From the NCBI GenBank assembly GCA_048939015.1, contig JBHLPW010000067.1, positions 1-24,518 of the forward strand: a stretch of 24,518 nucleotides of DNA. The letters run 5' to 3'. Positions 8,538 to 18,426 of this stretch are shown here, in pieces (within the stretch, counting starts at the first letter, position 1; each line of letters starts with the position of its first letter). Both the position numbers and the translations under genes were made by a program. The stretch comes from Promethearchaeota archaeon (lineage in GTDB: Archaea; Asgardarchaeota; Lokiarchaeia; Sigyniarchaeales; SOKP01). The notes beneath the pieces were generated by a model. That model ran no database searches. It saw only the letters and a program-made list of their open reading frames with translations, and was not told the DNA's origin.

Positions 8538-8759
8538 TCAAAATTTTAGTCTAATCCAAGTTTTTATTGTACATTATAAATTTACTGATAAATTTTTGGT
8601 TATTATTATATATAAAAAACTTATATAAAAATTTTTATGATTATTTATAAAAGAATGTAATATAAAAAAAATATATAAAGATTACTATAAAAATTGTTTA
8701 TGTTTTTATCAATAGGATTAACATAAAAGATATATAATAAAAATAATAGATATAAATAT
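8538..8759. promoter_or_regulatory. Divergent promoter region
   Basis: Very AT-rich gap between divergent genes. Purine-rich aaaaga followed by tatataa at 8731-8737 lies ~25-30 nt before ATG 8760, which fits BRE/TATA spacing for a leaderless mRNA. Confidence 0.5.
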
Positions 8760-9086
8760 ATGAGTAAAAAACAGACGCCTCAGAATAGAAAAAAGCTTTC
8801 ATTCAAACGTGCTCCAGCAAGATCAGGCAGTGGGGAAGATGATTATCATTTTAAGATTCCCCGAGTATATATTGAAAACAAATTAGTTGATGTTGATAAA
8901 ACTTATATAATAACCCTTGGAAATTCAAACATAACATTTCGACGATCTCCTTCTAAAATGAGTAGCATCAGTGAAATGGATTACTCTTTTAAAATCCCAC
9001 GTATTTATATTAGAAATAATCTGGTAGAAAAAAATAAAACATATAAAGTAATTTTAGAAGAATTACCTTCTGGAATAAACGCATAA
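8760..9086 (+). CDS. Internally duplicated AbrB/SpoVT-like (swapped-hairpin) putative DNA-binding protein
   Basis: Repeat 1 LSFKRAPARSGSGEDDYHFKIPRVYIENKLVDVDKTYIITL; repeat 2 ITFRRSPSKMSSISEMDYSFKIPRIYIRNNLVEKNKTYKVIL. Both carry the AbrB-like IP(K/R) motif. Confidence 0.7.
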   Translation: MSKKQTPQNRKKLSFKRAPARSGSGEDDYHFKIPRVYIENKLVDVDKTYIITLGNSNITFRRSPSKMSSISEMDYSFKIPRIYIRNNLVEKNKTYKVILEELPSGINA

Positions 9087-9322
9087 AAATCTCTTCTCTA
9101 ACCTATATGTTTTTATATCTGTTTTTTTAAGATTATGCAATTTTTCTTAATTTCAAACATCCACTGAGACTATATTTGTAGTTATACTTTATTTATAATA
9201 CTCTTATTAGTGTATATTATTGTAAATACATTCAAATTCTTTTATTCAAATTTTAATTTTTAACTATCTTTTTAACCTAATACCTATAAAAATTTTCAAA
9301 AAAAATCATGATATTCTTCTTT

Positions 9323-11398
9323 CTAAATTTTTTGAGCTATATTTGGACTTGAGATAACAACACCTAACTCATCTGTAATTTCATCATCAGCTAGACCAGT
9401 TCCAGCAAAGGCAAAGAGATTAAAACTAGTTACCAACAAAAGTGAAGAGTCCATTGAGAGGTATTTCGCGTGAGAGCCCGAAGGATTATCAGATATCTTT
9501 ATTTTGTTATGTGTTTGAGTCCTAATATCTATAATTGTGCTTCTTGTGTTAGTTAAAAGATCGTTTGGAATTGATTGCAACATCTCTTTACCCCATTTTA
9601 CTTCAACATCCACATTTTTCTCAAGAGCTTTATTCAGACTTGAAATTATAACGGGTCCTATAGCTTGCCTATACATCCGGTCCGTACCTAATTGAATGGA
9701 TTGAGTAGCCTGCTCTAAAACAGCTCTTAAAAATCTTCTATGATCCAGATTTTCTATTAAACATGCTGTAGATAGTCCTCTTAACTGCCTTATATTTGAT
9801 TTGTGTTTTTCAAATATAAATTTTAAATTCTTGATAATATCTTGATTCAAGGGCTCTTCAAGTAATAACTCTGTAGTCCTTTTCATTTCATTAATAGTTT
9901 CTTTTAAAATAGATAAGTTGTGTTGATTTTCGATTATGGAATCATTATCCTTTAAAAATTTTTCACCCATAGATCCCAACCATTTCGCTTCTATCCTAGT
10001 TGTAGATATTCTTTTAAGAGCATATTCCATAATTTCCCCTATTACCGTTCCGCCTTCTAATTTACAAAATATCTCATCTGGACTCGTTTCATCGTACCAA
10101 TAGCTACCTAAATTGCAGCTAGTAATCCAAGCACTTTTATTATCAATTAGGAGAAATTTACTATGAAATGGTTTAATACTACGGACAAATGAAATATTAT
10201 CATTTTGAAATATGGAGAACTTTGAAGTGATATCTGGGACTTGTTCCGCTAATGTCCCCCATAATAATATTACTTTAACATTTCTTGAAATTAGTTCTTC
10301 AAAAAGAGGTAACAGAGCTTCTATTCCTACCTCATTTATAAATGAAGTCCCTATTACAACTAATTCTTTTGATTGTTGGAGTTCATTACTTAATATTTTA
10401 AGAAGTTTATTACCTTTTACTTTAGAAATATCAACATCCACCATGCTAGTACCAATTTCCATCATAGCGGGAATAAGCTTATTTATAACCTCATAATCAA
10501 TTTTTTTCAAAATTTCTCGGATTTCTTGCTTTTTTAAAATCCTACTTAATTGTGTCCCACTTATTCTTGAAATGGAACTACCTAAGAAACTATTAAATGC
10601 ATGCCATTTTTTCATTATCGTACCCCAATCATATGTGAGTAAGAAATCTTCATCAGCAGGAGATAAGTCACTTATCGAATATGCATCTATTTGTGTAAGT
10701 GAACGTGACCAAGATTCTAATACCGAGGGTGGTATTGTCTCAGATTCAGGAAAGTCATACTCTATATCATTAATAACTTCTTTTTTAAGTGGAATGTAAA
10801 TATTCCTACTCTCAGTTAGATGTAAGTTATGAATCTTATTAACTCTACCCGCAATATTACCTTCTTCTATATATTGTCGAAGTGTCAATCTCGCAACCTT
10901 AACAAGAGTTTGAGTCCTATATTCTTTTATTGGAATAAAGTTCCTACGTGTGATTTGGACCTGCATATCTTCATCATAATCCGCTTCTTTAAGATCAAGT
11001 GGCGTTCTAAAATGAGGAAGACCATGTTCTAACGTCATAATTTGCCCAGAAACCATGTCTTGAATCCATTTTATTGCTTCAAAACGGGGAAATTCATCTT
11101 CTAAGAATTCCACAAGTCTCCCTCTATCAATTTCATCACTTACTTCAGGTGTATTAAAAATCTTAGAATTCTCTAAATCAACTCGTACCAATTCTTTATA
11201 CATCAGGTCAATAATCGCCTCCAAAACAATTCTTCTATCTAGCTGAAATGAGTTAATAACTGTCTCTAAATCGTTATTTAGGGTGACGAGATTTAGAATG
11301 TAAGGATGGAGTGGATTCATTTGTATCTTACTTCGAATCTCAACTCTTCCTTCGTACACGTTTATAGGGATAGTCAAGTATTTATCTTTCGATTTCAT
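9323..11398 (-). CDS. mkoB: PLD-family nuclease with two HKD motifs; Mokosh type I MkoB-like
   Basis: FHSKFLLID..AWITSCNL and SHAKYLSMD..LLVTSFNL; ATGA overlap with the upstream kinase-helicase. Confidence 0.8.
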   Translation of the reverse strand: MKSKDKYLTIPINVYEGRVEIRSKIQMNPLHPYILNLVTLNNDLETVINSFQLDRRIVLEAIIDLMYKELVRVDLENSKIFNTPEVSDEIDRGRLVEFLEDEFPRFEAIKWIQDMVSGQIMTLEHGLPHFRTPLDLKEADYDEDMQVQITRRNFIPIKEYRTQTLVKVARLTLRQYIEEGNIAGRVNKIHNLHLTESRNIYIPLKKEVINDIEYDFPESETIPPSVLESWSRSLTQIDAYSISDLSPADEDFLLTYDWGTIMKKWHAFNSFLGSSISRISGTQLSRILKKQEIREILKKIDYEVINKLIPAMMEIGTSMVDVDISKVKGNKLLKILSNELQQSKELVVIGTSFINEVGIEALLPLFEELISRNVKVILLWGTLAEQVPDITSKFSIFQNDNISFVRSIKPFHSKFLLIDNKSAWITSCNLGSYWYDETSPDEIFCKLEGGTVIGEIMEYALKRISTTRIEAKWLGSMGEKFLKDNDSIIENQHNLSILKETINEMKRTTELLLEEPLNQDIIKNLKFIFEKHKSNIRQLRGLSTACLIENLDHRRFLRAVLEQATQSIQLGTDRMYRQAIGPVIISSLNKALEKNVDVEVKWGKEMLQSIPNDLLTNTRSTIIDIRTQTHNKIKISDNPSGSHAKYLSMDSSLLLVTSFNLFAFAGTGLADDEITDELGVVISSPNIAQKI

Positions 11399-14300
11399 AG
11401 TAATCCCTCCATTTCACCTGCTTTTATATGATACCCCTTTTGTTTAATGAACTCAAATACTTCATTTACGGCTCTACAGTCCCGATTAGACTTAAGTCTC
11501 GTGAACTGTTTGGAACACCCTATAATGATCATTCTCTTTTTAACCCTTGAGAATAAAACATTTAATCGGGGGTCCTCTACAAGAAAACCAAGTGCACTTC
11601 TAATATTCGACTCTTTGTTATTCCTGACCAATGAAATGATAACAATATCTGCTTGCTTACCTTGATAAGCATCAATATTGTGGCATCTCGTCGATAAGTA
11701 ACGGGGATCGAAATCTCCAATAGAACTTGATGAGAGTGATTGAGATAGTCTTTCAGTCTGCGCATTATAAGGTGTTAAAAAGACTATATCTAAATCTGCC
11801 TTTTTTTTAATGAAGAACTTATTTATCTTAATTTTCCTCAATAATTTTATTATTGTTTGGATTTCTCCAACATTGAATATACTTCTAGAACTATCTCTTT
11901 CTTCAAGGAATTTTTTGGATGCATAAGGGGTATCTATCCAAATAAGTTCATTCTCTTCCAGAAATTTTGGAAAACTGAAAGGATCTCCCATTTCAGGTGA
12001 TTTTTTTACCTTAATAAATTTAGTTTCATAAAAAATTGAGGATATTAAATCAGATATTAATGGTGGTAAGCGTCTCTGTTCATTTAGTTGAATACAAGGA
12101 TTATAATCAACCTCACTAAAGTTGACTTTTACTTTCGCAAAATTATCATACAAATTTTCAAATAGCTTAATATTATCTAAACAGTAAGTCCTAAAATCGG
12201 CCGCATCATCTAAATTTCTCTCCTCTTTTTTTTGCTCTTCATCAAGGATGTCTGCTATTTCGTTAGCCATATCTTTATACTTATAAGGAGGCAATTGCTT
12301 GTGATCTCCTATTAACAACCATCTTTGTCCCATATTCATAGGAATTAATAATTCTGCAGGATAGGATTTAGCTGCTTCCTCTAAAATAATCCAATCATAA
12401 GGACTTGCTTCTTTTCCTAACCATTCAAGCTTAGAAGATGTAGAGGTTGAGAAAACTACATTGGCTACTTTTGAAATTTCATCAGTCCAGCGGGTTGAAG
12501 GGTTTGAGGAATTTTTCTCTATATCTTCTATAAATTCTTTTCCAATATTTCCAGGCAGAAGTACATTGGATTTATTTAATTCCAAGCACTCTCCTAAAAT
12601 CTTCTTGGTTTGGTTGTTATCTCTAAATTCCAATATTCTATCTGAAGCTTCGTATTCTTTTTCTCTTTCAGCACTCATTGCTCTGATAATTATTGGAGGT
12701 GTTATATTATTAGGTATCTTTTCAATAACATCTTCAAGTAGATGATTTAATGGATGATGATCCTTGGAAGAAATCAAAATGCGTGACCTAGGATCTTTTT
12801 TCAATATCATTGAAACAATTTCTGAGGCGATCCATGTTTTACCAGTCCCCGGAGGTCCTTGAACTAAGAACATAGGTATAGTGTTCAAAATATTTTTCAA
12901 AGTTAAATTTTCGATATTATAGTTAAGTCCCAAATAGAATGTATTGTACCTGGGATTCATAATTGAAGAAACCAAGAGGTTGTTATTTCGCAGATATTCT
13001 ATAGCCAAAGCTTTTCTATCATATAGTTTCAAGGAGAGATTCATTTCAAAAGGACGGATTTTTCCTGAGATAGGAAGTGCTTTATTTTTATTCTTAATTT
13101 GACGTTCAAGAGTACATCTCATCCTTTTTTTGTCAATGTTCTTGATAAACCATATTGATGAGTGATCCCATCCAGAAGAGGCAATATTTGATGCCGAAAG
13201 TTCAATCTCACCACCATTTTCAATTTTATATTTGAAGATCTTATCTAATACTTCCTTTTTCTTTTTTCCTTCTTTATTTTGTTTTTGTCTTTTATCTGAT
13301 TTTAAATCCATATTAATCAATGCATCTTGAAGTTGAGTAGCATTAAGGTTAAAGAAGTCTCTTCCATAACCAGTATAATCCTCTCTAGGGAGAAGACTTA
13401 TAATTGCCCTTTCCCGGTTGTTACCAGGGTCCCTCTCAACCTTAATTACTTTATGATAATTAAGAATATCCTTACCTGCAAGATTAATTTCAGCCTTATT
13501 TATAAGGTCTAAGCAATCTATAAAATTCTCCCTTTCATTTTTTCCTGTGGCTTTCTTCTTTATCTCTCTTTGTGCACTGTCCCAAAGTCTATTCCAAGGA
13601 GATCTGGGATCCCTTTCGTACTTGAATTGTTCAAATTTCAATCCCTCTTTAAGTATAGCTATAGGTGATTTACCTTTTATACGCTTTAATATTATATTCT
13701 GTTCCCTTGTATTCATGAAGAACAATGATAATACTTCTCGATGAAGCTTATCAGTCTGATTATCTAAATTAGCCTTCAAACTAAAAATTAAGTCCCTTTT
13801 ATTAATTAATACTAGTGGATGCCTTTCAAATCTTGTAGAATACACGTGGGAATTTTTAAAATCATCTGTTAACCATTTATCTGGATTTAGATAGACCTCA
13901 TCAAAATTATAACCCATACTTGTCAATTTTTTTAAGAAGATAGACCCCCTTTCATTATACCAATGAACCTTGGGTTTTTCTTCAATTATAATGTTTTTAG
14001 ACGAAAAACGTTCGAGGACATACATAACCTCTTGTCTAAGCTCGCTTATCGTCCTATAGCGCTTATTTGGTTCCTTGGAAATACATTTTAATATTAAATT
14101 AGATTCATCGTTGGTTAGCGTTTTTGATTCTTCAATGAAACTTAGGTTTTCATTGTATAATTCTAACCATTCTTTTTCATTTGCTGGTTCATTCTCTGGG
14201 AATTCCATGTTGAAAATAAAGCATAGAATCATCCCTAATGAAAAAATATCACCACCAAAAATATTAGGTATCAATAACACTGATTCTTCAATTATATTTT

Positions 14301-14913
14301 CTGGGGGTGTAAATAGAGAAACATTCTTTTGCTTAGCACGATATTCGTTGGGTAAAAAGTCTAAATTATATAAGTATAAGCTCCAAGTAATCCCGCCCAA
14401 TACGAATTTTTTTTCATCGCTATCTTCAGAATAATAGACAGAACCAGGATTAATATTTCTATGAAGTAATTTCATATTATGAAGTGCATCCACACCATCT
14501 AAAAGAGTGATAAATAGATTCCAAACTTCTTTTCTTCCCTCAAGCTGGTCATTAGTGAAGAACCAAGGTAAATCACTACTACTAATCCACTCTTCAAGAG
14601 TTTTGCCATAATTACGTGAGATAATATATAAAGAATCTGAATCATCATCTAAAAAAGCATCTATTAATTCCAAAAACATATCTCCTCCCGATGGACCTCT
14701 CAACTTTCTTGCTATTCGTATCTCCCTTTCCCATAGTCTAATCGCAAGCTCTCTTGCATTACTTTTTTTAGGTAATCTCAACTTTTTTATTAGCACATCT
14801 TGATGATGTAGACTATCGTAGCCCGTATAATTGCTCACTTCGGTGTTAGTAGTTTTTAAATACTTTGAGTTAATCAGGTCTCCCAATTCATATCGATTTT
14901 GTAAGATATCCAT
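11395..14913 (-). CDS. mkoA: Ser/Thr (pseudo)kinase fused to Upf1-like SF1 helicase; Mokosh type I MkoA-like
   Basis: Kinase: VLIKKL, WEREIR, LHRNINP, TPPE, DIFSLG, RY. Helicase: VQGPPGTGKT, ILEEAAK, LIGDHKQLPP, QRR, LTPYNAQ, IDAYQGKQAD, RLNVLFSR. Confidence 0.85.
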   Translation of the reverse strand: MDILQNRYELGDLINSKYLKTTNTEVSNYTGYDSLHHQDVLIKKLRLPKKSNARELAIRLWEREIRIARKLRGPSGGDMFLELIDAFLDDDSDSLYIISRNYGKTLEEWISSSDLPWFFTNDQLEGRKEVWNLFITLLDGVDALHNMKLLHRNINPGSVYYSEDSDEKKFVLGGITWSLYLYNLDFLPNEYRAKQKNVSLFTPPENIIEESVLLIPNIFGGDIFSLGMILCFIFNMEFPENEPANEKEWLELYNENLSFIEESKTLTNDESNLILKCISKEPNKRYRTISELRQEVMYVLERFSSKNIIIEEKPKVHWYNERGSIFLKKLTSMGYNFDEVYLNPDKWLTDDFKNSHVYSTRFERHPLVLINKRDLIFSLKANLDNQTDKLHREVLSLFFMNTREQNIILKRIKGKSPIAILKEGLKFEQFKYERDPRSPWNRLWDSAQREIKKKATGKNERENFIDCLDLINKAEINLAGKDILNYHKVIKVERDPGNNRERAIISLLPREDYTGYGRDFFNLNATQLQDALINMDLKSDKRQKQNKEGKKKKEVLDKIFKYKIENGGEIELSASNIASSGWDHSSIWFIKNIDKKRMRCTLERQIKNKNKALPISGKIRPFEMNLSLKLYDRKALAIEYLRNNNLLVSSIMNPRYNTFYLGLNYNIENLTLKNILNTIPMFLVQGPPGTGKTWIASEIVSMILKKDPRSRILISSKDHHPLNHLLEDVIEKIPNNITPPIIIRAMSAEREKEYEASDRILEFRDNNQTKKILGECLELNKSNVLLPGNIGKEFIEDIEKNSSNPSTRWTDEISKVANVVFSTSTSSKLEWLGKEASPYDWIILEEAAKSYPAELLIPMNMGQRWLLIGDHKQLPPYKYKDMANEIADILDEEQKKEERNLDDAADFRTYCLDNIKLFENLYDNFAKVKVNFSEVDYNPCIQLNEQRRLPPLISDLISSIFYETKFIKVKKSPEMGDPFSFPKFLEENELIWIDTPYASKKFLEERDSSRSIFNVGEIQTIIKLLRKIKINKFFIKKKADLDIVFLTPYNAQTERLSQSLSSSSIGDFDPRYLSTRCHNIDAYQGKQADIVIISLVRNNKESNIRSALGFLVEDPRLNVLFSRVKKRMIIIGCSKQFTRLKSNRDCRAVNEVFEFIKQKGYHIKAGEMEGLL

Positions 14914-15114
14914 TCTTATTCCTCTTCTATGATTTAATTATTACTTTATTTCTCGATCCCTTAAAAAAATGACTTGTGGAATAATAATATTACATTAAAA
15001 TTATTTCTATTGTATTGATTCTAAAATTTAAATGTGGTTAAATTTCTTAGAGTTAATTAAAACAATCCAACTGTTTTCTTATATTATAATTAAAATACAA
15101 TTTGCAGCATTTCA

Positions 15115-15609
15115 TCAAATGAAAATAAATTCAGTAATTCTTTTTTGTTGAAATTGATTTTTATACATATTATAATTCTTTTTTGATTTTTTTCGAGCTA
15201 ACATCATCGCATTATAGGAGTTTCTACGTTTAATTTCTCTAATCATTGAATTAATCATAAGGTTAGGATCATTTTCTAAAAATAAGAGATTAGAAATAAT
15301 ATCTTCCCATGAAAATGTGAAAGTTTTAGAATTTAATGACCTTTCAATTATTCGGTTTAATAATTTTAGTAATAGTACAAATTTTCTTAAAAAATCTAAG
15401 TTCTCTTCGTTAAATCTAGGAAAATCATAGCAGATTAACCTTAATTGCCGCTCAATTTTAAGGATCTCGTTTTTTAAATCATCAGTATCTTTTTTTCCAA
15501 ATTTCTTTATAAAAGGGGCCATTATTTCGGGTGATTCAAACCGACTACGTGGGTATGCTTCTTTATTAATTTTTCCCTCAGCCATTTTATCAATTCTAGT
15601 TTGGAACAT
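15115..15609 (-). CDS. Hypothetical protein with C-terminal PIP-box-like motif
   Basis: Ends in QKRITEFIFI (QxxIxxFI). Confidence 0.7.
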   Translation of the reverse strand: MFQTRIDKMAEGKINKEAYPRSRFESPEIMAPFIKKFGKKDTDDLKNEILKIERQLRLICYDFPRFNEENLDFLRKFVLLLKLLNRIIERSLNSKTFTFSWEDIISNLLFLENDPNLMINSMIREIKRRNSYNAMMLARKKSKKNYNMYKNQFQQKRITEFIFI

Positions 15610-15676
15610 TAAGATTTATAAGCGACAAAATTTTAAAAATCTAAATATGAATCATTTAATAATAACCTAGTTTTAA

Positions 15677-18349
15677 TCAATCATTAAAATTATCATATTT
15701 TTTTTTTATATAATTCATTAAATCTTGCTTTTCCTCTAAGCTTAATTGATTAGTTTGAATATATGAATAAATTGATGCATTTTGTTCTTTTGTTAATGAA
15801 TCAATTATTCTATAGATATTAACACCTTCTAAATCTGGTTTATAGGAATATATTAGTTTTTGAATATTCCTGACAATTGTATCATCTGTAGAACCTAAGA
15901 ATCTTATTAAATTATTGAGAATAACATCATTACAATAGTCCATTTCAATGAGAAAGCTGGTTAAAGCTGAAATTATTGAATTCTCTTCAATTCTAGAAAT
16001 CTTTTCCAAGGATTCTAATATTAATGGCAAATTTTCTTCTTTATAATTAATTTCTAATGAAGAAATCAAACCAGGAATATTTTGAAAAGTGTAATGAAAA
16101 ATGGAATCCTTTATGTTCTTATTAAAATTAAGCATTAAGGTTTTTTCTTCATGCTTTAATTCTTGGGTTGTTTTATTGCTTTTAATTATATTAGAAATTT
16201 TTCTTATATATCCAAGAGAATCTTGACGATTCAATAAGTTTGTAACATCAGAAATTCTATTTCTAAGAGTAACTTCAGTTATGAGAAAATTTTTAGCTAG
16301 TTTTGATTGTGTAACTCCCATACCTATCTGTTTATAAATAATGTATAAAAGACCTGCGATATAACCATCTTTTATTCCTATATTTGAAAGACCTTTATTA
16401 AAGTCGATTAAAAATGGTCTTAATTTTCTACAAACTTCTTCATCATATAGTTTTCGCAAATTCATTAAGTCTTTAAAGAAAAATATTAAATCTCCTAATG
16501 GAGAATAATTTGGATTTATTTTTTCTTTATAAGGTTTATAGATTACCTTTAATGTTTTTAGGTCTTTTTTTATACCAAAATAAAGTTCCAATAGAGAATA
16601 AGATACCATTTTTCCACTATTAATACAGCTTCTTAGGTGATCATCAATAAAGATTTGAATACATTGTTCAAAAATCTTATTGACATCTCTCCCTTTTAAT
16701 AAATTAGTACCAAGAATAAAGTCTAAAATTTGATCATATAATTCTAGTGAGAGAATACTTTTAAAAAATGAAGTTCTATTTCTAAAACGCCTTTTCTTAT
16801 CTTTCCAAATAAACTCTTCTATATCAAACTCTGGTATTTCATCTTCTTCTATTGTCGACTTGCGATATTTAATGTTTTTAATAATTTCTTTACATTGTTC
16901 TTCCCATATAACTCTCGCATCAGCACAATTTTTACATTTTTTTTGAAAAGCATTATGATTTTCGCAGACTGGTGTACCAAAAATCATTTTTACATGAGTA
17001 TAAATTGAGATTGGGGATCTTTTGAGTTTTCTCGCGATTTCTAAATAAGTAAGTTTAGAATAGACATTCTTGATTATAAACAAATCATCCTCTTTTGTAA
17101 AGAACCGAATTTTCCGTTTTCTCAGTCTTAATAAGGATTTAGGTAAACCAGCTTCAGTTATAGCTACCATTTGACCAAAATCCATTAAATTCAAATCTTT
17201 TAACCTTTGGAGAGACTCTAAAGCATCTGGATTAGGGTTATGTAATTCTAATATAGTTAAATTATGAGTTTTTAATGTACTTATATGTTCTCTCTTAGTC
17301 CAAATATAACATTGTTCTCCGTTATAAATAATTCCAAAATGTCTATTTCCTATATATTTAATTGTACTATTTTCATTGCAATATACTTTCTCAGAATTTT
17401 CTACTGGAACTATTTTTATAGAAATTTCTGAAAGTGTAGGAGAAATAACAAAATCTGAAAGATTTCCTCCATCATAGATAACTTTACATCTATTAAATTG
17501 CGGTTCAAACCAGAATAACTCAGGAGAGAAAGGTAGTTTTAAGGAGGACAGAGTTCTATATTTTTTAAAAGAAGGATAAATATGAAATTCTTCTTGTGTA
17601 ACTACATATAACGCATCGTTTATGCAACAAACATCTTTTGGAATGCCCTCAAACTTCTTCAGATTGGTAATTGATAAAGGCAATTCTTTATTAATCTTAT
17701 TTCGAGGAAAACTAATATTTGCTAATCCTAAATTTTCATTGAAAGAAAAAAGATCTAAATTATCAGCAGTACTATTCCAAAAAGCTATTGAATCTTCAAA
17801 CTCAATAATTGAATTTTCAGGTTGGATTTTTGAGAATAATTCAATATTCAACAATATATAAAATCTATCTTGTTCTTTTACTATAAGACAAGCAAAATCC
17901 TTTGTCCTTTTCGTAAAGTACGCTACAATATCTAATGGGTCAAAAAGTTCAAAGAAATCTAATGAATCTTCTTCTGTACTGCCAAAATCTATTTTACCCA
18001 ATCTCTTAGATAACTTAATGGAATTTTCGTTTTGAATGGCACTCCAAATATCACCTTTTTGTGATATTATAATCAATTCATTTCTAACACGACCGGGTAG
18101 TACAAATTTTATTAAAACTTCTATCTTTAATGCAGAAGTTAATTCTTGATTCTCTTCAACCTTGCAAGAAAATTTAATTTCTGGTTCTAAAGGATCAAAA
18201 ATATATTTAAATATTTGGGAAGCAGTGATACCCTCTTTTATTGATAAAAAGATGATAATATTGTTATATCTATATGGAGATGTAAGAATTATTCCATTCT
18301 CAGTTTTAAAAAAGGTTTCAGTGAATTTTTTTGAATAGATTTTTGTCAA
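15677..18349 (-). CDS. 890-aa multidomain protein: beta-rich N-terminus, Myb-like HTH, Cys/His knuckle, TFB C-terminal HTH-like region, helical tail
   Basis: FFTKEDDLFIIKNVYSKLTYLEIARKLKRSPISIYTH; CENH-x6-CKNC; IAGLLYII...VTQSKLAKNFLITEVTLRNRI. TTG start with GGAG upstream. Confidence 0.75.
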   Translation of the reverse strand: MTKIYSKKFTETFFKTENGIILTSPYRYNNIIIFLSIKEGITASQIFKYIFDPLEPEIKFSCKVEENQELTSALKIEVLIKFVLPGRVRNELIIISQKGDIWSAIQNENSIKLSKRLGKIDFGSTEEDSLDFFELFDPLDIVAYFTKRTKDFACLIVKEQDRFYILLNIELFSKIQPENSIIEFEDSIAFWNSTADNLDLFSFNENLGLANISFPRNKINKELPLSITNLKKFEGIPKDVCCINDALYVVTQEEFHIYPSFKKYRTLSSLKLPFSPELFWFEPQFNRCKVIYDGGNLSDFVISPTLSEISIKIVPVENSEKVYCNENSTIKYIGNRHFGIIYNGEQCYIWTKREHISTLKTHNLTILELHNPNPDALESLQRLKDLNLMDFGQMVAITEAGLPKSLLRLRKRKIRFFTKEDDLFIIKNVYSKLTYLEIARKLKRSPISIYTHVKMIFGTPVCENHNAFQKKCKNCADARVIWEEQCKEIIKNIKYRKSTIEEDEIPEFDIEEFIWKDKKRRFRNRTSFFKSILSLELYDQILDFILGTNLLKGRDVNKIFEQCIQIFIDDHLRSCINSGKMVSYSLLELYFGIKKDLKTLKVIYKPYKEKINPNYSPLGDLIFFFKDLMNLRKLYDEEVCRKLRPFLIDFNKGLSNIGIKDGYIAGLLYIIYKQIGMGVTQSKLAKNFLITEVTLRNRISDVTNLLNRQDSLGYIRKISNIIKSNKTTQELKHEEKTLMLNFNKNIKDSIFHYTFQNIPGLISSLEINYKEENLPLILESLEKISRIEENSIISALTSFLIEMDYCNDVILNNLIRFLGSTDDTIVRNIQKLIYSYKPDLEGVNIYRIIDSLTKEQNASIYSYIQTNQLSLEEKQDLMNYIKKKYDNFND

Positions 18350-18393
18350 TTCTAATACTCCATTAAATTGTTGTCTCTTGGATATTACTATAG

Positions 18394-18422
18394 TTAATCT
18401 CTTTAATATAGAAAGAGATTAA
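18394..18422. terminator. Perfect 11-bp hairpin directly downstream of the SMC-like gene
   Basis: ttaatctcttt (18394-18404) / aaagagattaa (18412-18422), 7-nt loop. It could also be an operator for the next gene. Confidence 0.5.
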
Positions 18423-18426
18423 ATTC

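Noticed and set aside
8581-8759. Repeated TATAAAA motifs as origin iterons
   Set aside because: Irregular spacing; expected by chance at this AT content.
10212-14434. Plus-strand ORFs and 11577..11765- inside the PLD and kinase-helicase genes
   Set aside because: Antisense or alternative-frame shadows with no motifs.
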